From Macrostomum hystrix (lineage: Eukaryota > Animalia > Platyhelminthes), in assembly GCA_950097015.1 (NCBI GenBank), contig CATNEN010000007.1, positions 13,441,969-13,505,968 on the forward strand: a DNA stretch of 64,000 nt. The letters run 5' to 3'. Numbering within the stretch: position 1 is the first letter of the stretch; each line of letters begins with the position of its first letter. Positions 46,315 to 56,566 of the stretch are shown one piece after another. Below the pieces are notes generated by a model that saw only the letters and a list, made by a program, of their open reading frames with translations, was not told the DNA's origin and did no database searches. A program made the position numbers and the translations under genes.

Positions 46315-46626
46315 TTAATTAAGCTGTGACTGGATACTCTGCCAGGCTTCGACTTGGAATTCTAGTCGGCTACGCCACCAGGTTAGTCGTGTCGAGGCCC
46401 ATGTCCTGACTTGTCGAGCTGCACTGCGTATAACGCACTTCAGCCAGTAGCCGCGCTTTCTTGTTGCAGATATCGTGTCCTCGGGCCAGCTCTCCTCGAT
46501 AAAGCTTTCTAGCTCAGTTAAGAGCTTGACGAGTTGCACCCATTTACGATTATTCATCTCCGTCTGATGAATTATAGATTGCTGGCTTCGCATTATCCCG
46601 ACGATAGGAAGGTTGACAGAATTCAT
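46315..46626 (-). CDS. Maverick hypothetical protein (first ORF after the right TIR)
   Basis: 103 aa ORF forming a GC-richer island; TATATATA at about 46713-46725. Confidence 0.5.
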   Translation of the reverse strand: MNSVNLPIVGIMRSQQSIIHQTEMNNRKWVQLVKLLTELESFIEESWPEDTISATRKRGYWLKCVIRSAARQVRTWASTRLTWWRSRLEFQVEAWQSIQSQLN

Positions 46627-46807
46627 TTCAATTCAATTCAATTCAATTCAATATCAATTCAATTCCTTGCTAATTCCAGCTTGAAGTTGTAGTTTGTCTT
46701 ATAATCCTAGAAATATATATATATACTATCGGTAAATGGTAGGCACGTTTGAAGAGATGTGTGATTTTTAGCATGTGCGAAATTAAAGACAAATTGCTGC
46801 AGGAATG

Positions 46808-47201
46808 AAAAGCTTCGTGCTGAATCTGATGAATAAGAAAGTAACAACATTTTGTGACTGAATGATTTGGCGAGTTAGAGTAACAATCTCAATAATTCGA
46901 CGTGCATTAACTCTCGACAGTGGCAACTTGCAATGAAACTGATTCAACATGCTCGTTTCAGAAAGTTGCTGCGCCTTTGAATTCTAACCTGCAAACTTAA
47001 TGAGCAGTTAGTTGGACTTGGAATTTTTTAAACAACATGCCAAGGACAGATAGAGAAGAGAGAGAGAGAGAGAGAGATTTTTGACTTAGAAATTTTTTGG
47101 TGCGTTTTGAGTTAAATGTATAGGCATTTCCTATGCGGTACTACCTATGTATTTCTCCATAAGGAAAACGCGTTTGTTTCATATTTTTTTATACTACTAC
47201 T
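46808..47201 (-). repeat. Maverick right terminal inverted repeat
   Basis: ...GAAAACGCGTTTGTTTCATATTTTTTTATACTACTACT. Confidence 0.9.
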
Positions 47202-47820
47202 TAGGGTTAGGAGTTAGGCACAGATCCGATCTGACGAAAAGGAGTAAAGCTAAAGAGGACAGTAGAAGTTTTAGATGCTCGAGCGCTTTCGGCGGGAATG
47301 CCTTCTTCAGGAGCTGATAAAGTAAGGAATTGGAGTGTCGAGTATATTTGAATATATAATAAGGAAATTACATTGAAAAGATGGGCGCAAGGGTCGGGAG
47401 CGAATAAAATTAAGGTAGGGGTAACAATTATCAAATGGGAGTTCAGCATGGGTAAAAAATTGACAAATGGGAGAAAAATTGAGGGTCCGCATAGGGTTTG
47501 AGTAAAAGATTAGGACAAATGGGAGAAAAAGTGAGGGTCTGGGTGGGGTCTAAGTGGAAAAAGGAAGGGTCGGTATTGGTTTGGGCAAGGTTGGGCCGGG
47601 AGCCAATGGGTCGGGTCTGGGTTAGAGAGGGAAAGAGTGTTTTGACTGGGCTGGGTACGAGGGCTCAAGGTGCGAGCGTGTTTGGGCGCAGGAGTGTGTT
47701 TGGGCGTAGGGACTTAGGGTGCGGGCCGGGCACTTGGGTCTTGTTTGCATTTGGAGGGAATTAGTGGGTGCGCGAGGCAAATGCATAGGGCGGGGCGGGG
47801 AATCAACGTGCAACGTCAAT
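47202..47820 (-). mobile_element. Penelope pLTR/retrozyme-like unit, family A copy 2
   Basis: Starts TAGGGTTAGGAGTTAGG and is homologous to 29767-30272; distal end uncertain. Confidence 0.75.
47277..47314 (-). ncRNA. minimal hammerhead ribozyme
   Basis: GCTC-CTGAAGA-A-GGC(ATTCCC)GCC-GAAA-GCGC-TC-GAGC. Confidence 0.85.
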
Positions 47821-47870
47821 CAAAGCAGGAAATTATTTTAAGTAGCTCTTTTAGTTATCAATTATTTTAA

Positions 47871-48770
47871 GTAACTAAACAGATGTAGTAACCTTAAAAC
47901 TGTTTGCCTGTGAATAATTTTACATAGCTAAGAAATATTTCTGATAAAAACATTATTACAGATATGCTTTTTGGACTACTATATAAGTAGCTCCATTTGC
48001 GCATACAAATGTCCTATCCGTTTTTTAAGAAAATCAGACAAAAATTAATATTTTAAATACTTTTTTTTCACCTTTTAAAAGTCTGAATATTAGTCTAGGC
48101 GCATAGAAGTATAATTTACTGGTCACAGGAATTTTTTTAGCTTCAGAAACAAAACTTTGCGGTTATAAGTCAAACTGCAAATATGTGCGACTTCTGGCAC
48201 ACTGAAAAATGGAGTTGATATGAGTTGCTCTCCACTGCTTATAAGGCCAATGTTTGGAACAAGAGTTGCTTTATACTGCAGAAGCTGATAGTGAGAGTCG
48301 TAGCCATCTACCTAACAGTCTCTTATTAAAAGTTCTGGCCATATTTCATCACTAATTTTCTACATAGCAAATGTGTCACTTTTGGCAGCTTTTTAGTCCT
48401 GCATTTTTGTGCTCAATAAAGCTGGAAATTATTTTCTGTGATAACTAAACAGATATACCAACCTTTAAACTGTTTGCCTGTGAATAATTTTACATAGCTA
48501 AGAAATATTTCGGATAAAAAACATTATTACAAACATGCTATTTGGACTACTATATAAGTAGCTCAATTTGCACATGCAAATGTCCTATCCGTTTTTTGGG
48601 AAAATCTGAAAAAAATAATTATTTCTTAAATACTTTTTTTACCTTTAAAAGTCTGAATTAAATGTCTCGGTGTATAGAAGTATAATTTACTGGTCACGGT
48701 AATTTTTTTAGTTTCAGAAACAAAACTTTGCGGTTTTAAGTCAAGCTGCCAATATGTAAGTATTTTGGTA
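47871..48770. repeat. ~330 bp direct repeat (47871-48200 and 48441-48770); partial copy at about 20330-20425
   Basis: Shared TAACTAAACAGAT...GAAACAAAACTTTGCGGTT.TAAGTCAA. Confidence 0.85.
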
Positions 48771-48934
48771 ACTTTGTGTGGGCCCTTGTGCAACTTTATT
48801 TCTAGGTTATGCAGCCTTCTAAAAAGCGTGTTGCTCTTCTCTGAAGTCAGTGAAATATTTCTAAAGGACCTTGGTAGCACGAAGCTTGAATAAGAACGAA
48901 TTTCAATCACAAAGACTTGCTGACTTTTGTGTTA

Positions 48935-50170
48935 GTAAGAAATTTAGTAACTAATGTGTGGCAGTTTAGTAAGTAATGTTAATCAAGGTCAGCGTACTTT
49001 TCTGACGCGAAAGTCAACTTTAGACACTCTCTGTAGACTTTTATAGGACTTTGGTTGTATATTGTTAAATAAAAATAAATTACATCACTTATTCTTGCCT
49101 ACTAGTGTACCAGTAACAAATTTAGTAACTAATGTGTGGCAGTTTAGTAAGTAATGTTAATCAAAGTCAGCGTACTCTTCTGATGCGATAGTCAACTGTA
49201 GACACTCTCTGTAGACTTTTATAGGACTTTAGTTGTGTATTGTTAAATAAAAATAAATTACATCACGTATTCTTGCCTACTAGTGTACCAGTAACAAATT
49301 TAGTAACTAATGTGTGGCAGTTTAGTAAGTAATGTTAATCAAGGTCAGCGCACTTTTCTGACGCGTAAGTCAACTGTAGACACTCTCTGTAGACTTTTAT
49401 AGGACTTTGGTTGTGTATTGTTAAATAAAAATAAATTACATCACGTATTCTTGCCTACTAGTGTACCAGTAACAAATTTAGTAACTAATGTGTGGCAGTT
49501 TAGTAAGTAATGTTAATCAAGGTCAGCGCACTTTTCTGACGCGTAAGTCAACTGTAGACACTCTCTGTAGACTTTTATAGGACTTTGGTTGTATTTCATT
49601 CAATAAGAATGAATTCCATCACATCTATTTGCCTACTAGTCTTAGACTAGTAGTCTACCAGTAAGATATAAAGTAAGTAATGTGTGGCAGTTTAGTAAGT
49701 AATATTAGTCAAGCGCTGCATACTTTTATGACACGAAAGTCAACTGTAGACACTCTCCGAATATTTAAAGAATACTTTTTTGGTACAAGAGTTACTTTAT
49801 ATTTCAGAAGCTGATAGTGAGTGTCGTAGTAATGTGACGCATTTAAGCAAGTAATATTAGTTAAGCGCAGAATACTTTTCTGATGCAGAGGCCATTTGTA
49901 GATACTTTCTGCCGATTTCTAGAGGACTGTGGTTGTACGTCGTGCAATACGAACAAATCGCGTGGCACATTCTTGCCTACTAGTGTACCAGTAAGTAATT
50001 TAGTAAGTAATGTGAAGGAGTTAAGTAAGTAATATTTTTCAAGCGCTTCATGCTACTCTAACGCAAACATCATCTCTAGAGACTTTCTAGCTTCGGAAAT
50101 CACTTGTTGTAAGAAGTTCACTTTACTTAAAGCAATAAATTTAGTAACTAATGTTGAACAGTTAAGCAAA
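48935..50170. repeat. 178-bp tandem satellite
   Basis: AATTTAGTAACTAATGTGTGGCAG at 48941, 49119, 49297 and 49475, then degenerate copies. Confidence 0.92.
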
Positions 50171-50749
50171 TTTTGTAAATCACTGATCACAGTACAATAT
50201 TTGCTGATACTATATTTATTTATTAAAAGATAGGTAAACGTGTTATAAATATTTAAAAAGTTACTTTACTTTATAAGTTTCATACGCAATTAGGCATTAA
50301 TAAAAGTAGAAATGCAAAAATGAAAATAAAAATGGGCAGAAATGGCAAGTAAAATTTCATAAAAAGCATAGTGCTATAAAGTTTGAGGCAAAAGTAAAAT
50401 GAAATTAAAAGTAATATTGGCCGTGGTGAGTTTAATTAAAAATAAAATTTCCGAACATGTAAAAAAACTTTATAAAAGTTGAGGCAGAAAAATGCAAGAA
50501 TTCTAAAATAAAAGTAAGCCTAATGAATATTTACAAAATTCGACTAAATATTTACAATATTTACAAAATAAAAAAAGAATGAAACACACATTTAATTGAG
50601 TATACGTACGGCACAAAGTGTAAGTCAGGTAAAAGAAATAAAATGCGTAGGAATTGTTGAGAAAGAATATGGGTAATCAGTACTTGTATATTCAGTAATA
50701 TAAAATTTGTAAAATAAAGAAAAAATTGGCTTATACGCATAGTTCATAG

Positions 50750-51645
50750 TTAGAAATTGTTAAGGATGGCCTTCAGAATGACAGAACAAACCTTTGTCCT
50801 TGGATTTTCGTCCTGAAATTTAGCAACGGGTGATTGTTTTCATTTAAGTGGATTATAAGTTAAATTGGATTCTCTTAGCCCGAAATTGCAATTACTCAAA
50901 AGGTGCATTCTAAGCAGTAGTTTAACCCAGTTTGACCAGCGGTAATATTTTCTTAGCAAAAATATTTACCTGGACTAACTGCAAAAGTGCCTGTCCGCGG
51001 CATAATGCTTCAGCGAACAGGCACACAAATGCGCCGCAGTCGTAGCCATTGCTTTGTTGCAGAACATTCACGTGCACTTCTTCGAACTGCACGTGTGGGC
51101 GCTGCTGCCTTTGCGCTTCAGCTCGCAAGAATTGAATAAACTTATAACCTGTGGACGGCCGGCCTAAGGAGCGCGCGCTGTCGGCGACAAGCACCTTTTG
51201 GCGCGCATATCCACGGCGTATAGCATCCAGTGTTGGCCAGTATTTGTTGGCATGAGTAGAAGCTCATAGTCGAAAATGTTCACCTAAGTATGAAATTTCA
51301 GGACCTTCATAATGTCAATTGATTTTTTAAAAACATTTCATAACTTAACATAACGCAGACTGTAAGCGATTGAATAATAAGATATAGCGGAATTGTTTTT
51401 TTAACTTACGCGTTTCGTAAAGGCAGTAACGCTGTTTCCATTTAGCACTGCTTCCGAAAATTGTGTTAAGAATGCGTACACTTTCAAGTGTGCGATACAC
51501 GAGATGAAGAAATTTATTAGTACATCGTCAAACCAACGCCGAGAGCACAAAATGTGTATGTGCTCTGCCGTGAGCTTGATTCCTCGGCGCTGGACGATGA
51601 CTTTTTGTGGCCTTTCGGCGAGCACCCGGAGTAGAAGCTTAAGCT
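50750..51645 (-). pseudogene. Ulp1/SENP-family (C48) protease gene with introns and one frameshift
   Basis: RWFDDVLINFF | IFDYELLLMP...QHWML...VADS...QQSNGYDCGAFVC. GT-AG introns at 51284-51409 and 50813-50969. Frame slip near 51200. Confidence 0.85.
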
Positions 51646-52229
51646 GCAAAAAATTAAGTAACTGTCAGAAACACTCAAGTGGGTCATCGGCCTCTCGCTC
51701 GGCCTCCTTTGACAGCTGTGGATCAAAATGTGACGCATTTTGTTCCATGTTTAGCTAACGTTAAACACTACAGTTTAGCTGTCAGTCTCATATGTAAGCA
51801 AATCGATTGAAAGTAAATAACTCAGTAAGAAATTCAATATACTCTTCTGCTAGTAACTAATTTAGTAAGAAATGTTTTGCATCTCTAGAAGACTTAGAGT
51901 GTCGTCGCATCCCGCTGTCACGGCCAATGCATCGTCATCGGCGGCTGTGGCGGCGGCTGCGGCCTCTTGCTCGGCCTCCTTTAAGAGCTGTGGATCAAAA
52001 TGTGAGGCATTTTTCAACTTTTAGCAAATGTTTAACACTACAGTTTAGCTGTCAGTCTCATATGTAAGCAAATCGATTGAAAGTAAATAACTCAGTAAGG
52101 GTTAGGGTTATTAATGATCTAGTAATGATCTAGTAATTATTAATGATCTAGTCAACCATCTCATTCAGTAAAGCAAATTTCGCAGCAAAGTTGCGAAACA
52201 CTAAAAATGTGCATTGAACTTCTCTATGT

Positions 52230-52560
52230 GACTGCGTAAGAACTATTTCCAGCGCATTGGTTGTACGTAGTTCAATATGAACAAATTGCATCGCATATTC
52301 TTGCCTACTAGTGTACCAGTAAGAAATTTAGTAAGTAATGTAAAACAGCTCAGTAAGTAATGTTAGTCAAGCGCAGCATACTTTTCTGATGCAAAGGCCA
52401 TCTGTAGACACTTTCAGTAAATTTCTATAGGACTTTGGTTGTACGTGGTTCAATATGAACAAATTGCATCGCATATTCTTGCCTACTAGTGTACCAGTAA
52501 GAAATTTAGTAAGTAATGTAAAACAGCTCAGTAAGTAATATTAGTCAAGCGCAGCATACT
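52230..52560. repeat. second block of the 178-bp satellite
   Basis: TTCTTGCCTACTAGTGTACCAGTAAGAAATTTAGTAAG repeated at 178-bp spacing. Confidence 0.88.
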
Positions 52561-54928
52561 TATACTTCTCATTTCCAACAAACAATTCAGGCTCAATGTC
52601 GGTGCTCCATTAAGTAAAAAATTCAGGCTCAATCATGAGAGTGCTCCATTGAGTAGTATTGTGGTATCCACGCCTCTTCCTGGTCATCCCGAGCAACGTC
52701 AAGGCCTGCTGCTGTCACCAATTAGGTGAGAACTGATTTCTAATGTTATATTTTAGTATATGTAAATCTGGCAGTTGTCGTTCGAATTTAATTCAAAAGT
52801 AGCTTAGAGATGGGACAATTAACTTTGGCAGGTGTGACGCGAGGGCCTGTTCACCAGAAGACGCATTAGGAGCTGCAAACCCTCTGGCGGGCTCCACTGC
52901 TTGCAATTTTGATCAGTCTGCCAGGTAAATATCTTTTTCACTTGTTCAGAAAGCTTTTTATGCATAATGGATTTTTTGTTCTAGAGACGTACCCTTTAAC
53001 AAAACTTTGTGGTTTGATAACGTATCGCAACCTAAATATTTCCGCTTTCAATCGCACAACCAAGAAACTAAAATCTCTTCACACTTCAAACGCCTTTTAT
53101 AGCGACGATGGCCTGATGTCGCAGGCAGAAAGACGAAAAAAGTCCACCGAGCTGATGAACAGCAAAGTCGGGCGCTCGATTCGACTTGTAATCGAAGAGC
53201 TCCTCATAACGAACGGGCCAGGCAGCGCGCATCCGGTGCTGCCCAGCAAGAGCAGCTACATGACTCGAGTGGAGAGTCACCCATCACTCCGCTTCTGCTC
53301 ATCGGCTGAGCGAGAGGAAATGCGCAAACTGATGCCTTCGTTTGTAAATATGTGGAAGAGTCGAGTCGCCAAAGGGAAGAAAAAGTCTATGGAATGAAAG
53401 TGAACAATGAACCACGTTTTTACATGCATTCAACCTAAAAACTGTTTATTCAAGCGTGTTTTTATCAATGACTTTCAAACTCCATATATTTTTTATATGG
53501 TAGGCGTTTATTGTCTTGTTGCAGCTTATTCTGTCACATAAAACAATAAAATGAAGAAAAATGAATAAACAATTTTGTGTGCTGAATTTATGTACATTAA
53601 TCAAAGCAGTATTTTTAGCAATAATGTTCAAACTAATAATAGCAAAAGCAAGCTAAAAGCAGAAGCAAATAATGGCCGTAAAAATGGATGTAAAATCGTG
53701 GAGCCTGGCGGCATATTAGATGCACCATAATATAGAAGAGTATAGAAGAATATAAAAGAATTTAAAATACTTTGCGTTTTGCTAAAGTACTAAAAAATCA
53801 TGGAGCTTTAAGGCAAAACAATAAACAGGAACGTTTCGCAAAAAAACGTAAGTAAAATTTTTAATTGAAAAAATTATAAATGCAAGTCACTACATTTGAG
53901 GTAAACGATATTTGCGGCTGCTGGGCTCTACGTTGTCGTCTCGCCTTGCTTAACAGTCTTTTCATCATTAGCATCAGTGTCTTGATAATAGCCCAGAAAG
54001 CTAATTCGGCAATGAGGATGTAGATGTTAGCATCCAGCTCTAGATGTATTTGGCCGGTACTTTTACTTGTGAGATTCACACGAAGTAGAGGGTCGTGACC
54101 TGTCGTATTCGCAAAGTGAAACACGAATAAGAACGCATGTAAGCAAATAAAAAATATAAATGCTTGTTCCAACGGGGCTAGGTTCATTTAAAAAAGAAGG
54201 AATGAGATACAATACATGCTTTTCTGATCGTATAGTATTTTTTACGAGTGCGTATTGGTAGAAAAAATAATATAAATATAAAATAAATGCTTACCTAAAT
54301 TCTCGGTGAAGACGCAGGCGATGAAGAAGTACAGCAGGAAGTAGATGCACATTCTTTCTTTTTTACTAAAAAAATAATGCGAATGAGAATGAGACTATGA
54401 ATAACGAATGAGTCTTGAGTTTTCTGCGGCTGCGGGTATATATATAACCAGCACTCATGTACATACAGGGCCCGCAGAGTAATGTGCATTCGCCTCTTTT
54501 CCTGAAAGGCGATTGGTGTAAAACAACGATAGGAAACTTTCGATAGCAAACCTTCTCCGGAGCGCCAACACAAAACAGAATGCTTGACTTTGTTGCTGTT
54601 ACGTAATCGGGGTTTCTGACCGCTCGTCTCTCAGGGTACAGGAAAGGTCAGACCGCGTGCTTACAGGTGGTTGCAGCTGTTGCAGACCGCCAATCCGAGC
54701 CCGGACCTAGTCTGATCAGCCGCAGTATAATTTCAGAATAGTATACTCCAACAGTTAAATAGTTGCCAAGTAGCGCAGCATAGACCGATTTGATGACAGT
54801 TACGTAATCCGAGTGGGGTCTCCCCGCTCGTCTCCATGCAACGGCACGACCAGACTAACCCAGGTGGTTCCAGCTGTGGGCGAGACTGCTCAGGCCACTC
54901 GAAAATGCCGTTGCTGGCCGGTCGGCGA

Positions 54929-55547
54929 TCAGTTGACGTTTAACTCGGACCGCCAAGTTGGCTGTTTCTGCTCGTTCTCTTCAGGTCTTGGGGTCGCTAG
55001 GGCCGTGTGCACACAGATGGGCGCGACGCGTACAGGCCAGGAGCATACTCTAGTGCCGGTTGTCAAGCAGTTTCGCTTATCAAACCACAAACCACTAATC
55101 GCTTTTAGCCTCATTTCGCACGTCAAATTATGTGCTGCCTGACAATGCCGCATTATTTGGTCCCCTCGAACTTTCAAAGAGCAGAGCGGGCATGTGCGTA
55201 TTGCACCGTGACCTCCGCGCTTACCCGCTCCTCTCGAGGACGTGACAGCCATTACCTGATTTCCAGGGAAGAGGTCATCCATAATTTGTCTCACTTCTGG
55301 ATACATGACCTCTGAGACAGCAATAAAACTCTCACTAGGTGGGTCCGACAAAGCAGCACCGTCCTCAAATAGTTGCTCTAGAAACCCACCATTTAACATA
55401 TTACCGGGCGGCGCCTCAGTAGTTATGGGCACCTCATCAGCCGAGAGATCGAGATCGACTGTGGGTACTTCAAGGTAGGGCACTTGAGCAAAGGTAGAAT
55501 CTTGCGCCTCGACGATCTGACAGATCGTGGGCACCTCAAACACCTCA
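54929..55547 (-). CDS. 5'-truncated ORF, acidic region plus C2H2-like zinc finger
   Basis: EVP repeats; CPLC...IMRHCQAAH. Cut by a GGGTTAGG scar at 55548. Confidence 0.5.
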
Positions 55548-55650
55548 GGGGTTAGGACGTAGGAGAATTCCGAGGCCGGCAGGCAAGAATTTAATGTAAA
55601 TAATTTAACTTAAATAAGCAAGACGGGGAACAAAAAATATAAATAGGGTG

Positions 55651-55690
55651 GCTCGACGCGTTTCGGGAATATTTTCCCTTCTTCAGGAGC
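55651..55690 (-). ncRNA. minimal hammerhead ribozyme
   Basis: GCTC-CTGAAGA-A-GGGAA(AATA)TTCCC-GAAA-CGCG-TC-GAGC. Confidence 0.85.
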
Positions 55691-55967
55691 GATGTAAAAC
55701 GATGTTTATTGTAAATATTGTAAATATTGTAGATAATGTAAATAAATATTGGCAGTGAAAAGTGAGTTAAAAATGAATTGTATTGGGTTACATAGGAAAA
55801 AATGGGCTCACTCGGGTGCAATAATAACGACCTTAAAAATTAATTGTTGACTAAATTTTAAAAGGGTTAGGGTTAGGACTTAGGAGGATTCCGAGGCCGG
55901 CAGCCAATCAACGGACGATTTAATTTAATTAGTAAATAACACGGGAAGCAAAGTAATTAGGGTAAAT

Positions 55968-56005
55968 GCTCGACGCGTTTCGATCGTCTGATCTTCTTCA
56001 GGAGC
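55968..56005 (-). ncRNA. minimal hammerhead ribozyme
   Basis: GCTC-CTGAAGA-A-GATC(AGAC)GATC-GAAA-CGCG-TC-GAGC. Confidence 0.85.
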
Positions 56006-56566
56006 GAGTATATTGTAAAACGATGTAAATATTGTAAATATTGTAGATATTGTATATATTGTATATATTGGCAGTGGAGAAGTAAGTTAAAAATGAGATG
56101 CATTGGTTTACATATGAGAAAATGGGCTCACTCGGGTGCAATAATAATGACCTAGAAAAGTAAGTGTTGTCTAAATTTTAAAAGTGTAGAATATCAATTA
56201 ACGCTAATTTTACTACTAATGAAATAAGGGTAATAAATTGCGGGTAGAAAGTAAAAATTAAAAATTAAAAAATACATTTTTCACTACATATCGGGGAGTA
56301 GAATTATAGGTAAAGAATAAAACCATGTAGCATATTGAAGATAGGAGGGGAAGAGAAAAAATAGAGGATAAAAATGCAGAAGGCTAGAGTTAGATTTAGG
56401 CTAGGGGTTAGGGTTAGCTTTAAAACACCGTAAAACACGTTAAAACTCGTAGCATAGAGATTAAGGACTTTACAAGGGTGGGAGAGCAGTCATAGAGAAC
56501 AGTAGTATCGTGGTAATATGGGAAAATTGTCTATAGGTGAAAGGAAGGGATTTAAAGAGGTTTAGG

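Larger units (their letters stand above)
30711..47201 (-). mobile_element. Maverick/Polinton endogenous virus, full length (16.5 kb)
   Basis: TIRs begin AGTAGT(AGT)AT. 6-bp TSD TAGGGT at 30705-30710 and 47202-47207. Full core gene set is present. Confidence 0.97.
55548..56566 (-). mobile_element. two tandem family B pLTR/retrozyme-like units (55548-55863 and 55864-56566) abutting the telomere array
   Basis: Both begin GGGTTAGGAC.TAGGAG.ATTCCGAGGCCGGCAG, each has a hammerhead, and both are homologous to 30271-30710. Confidence 0.8.
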
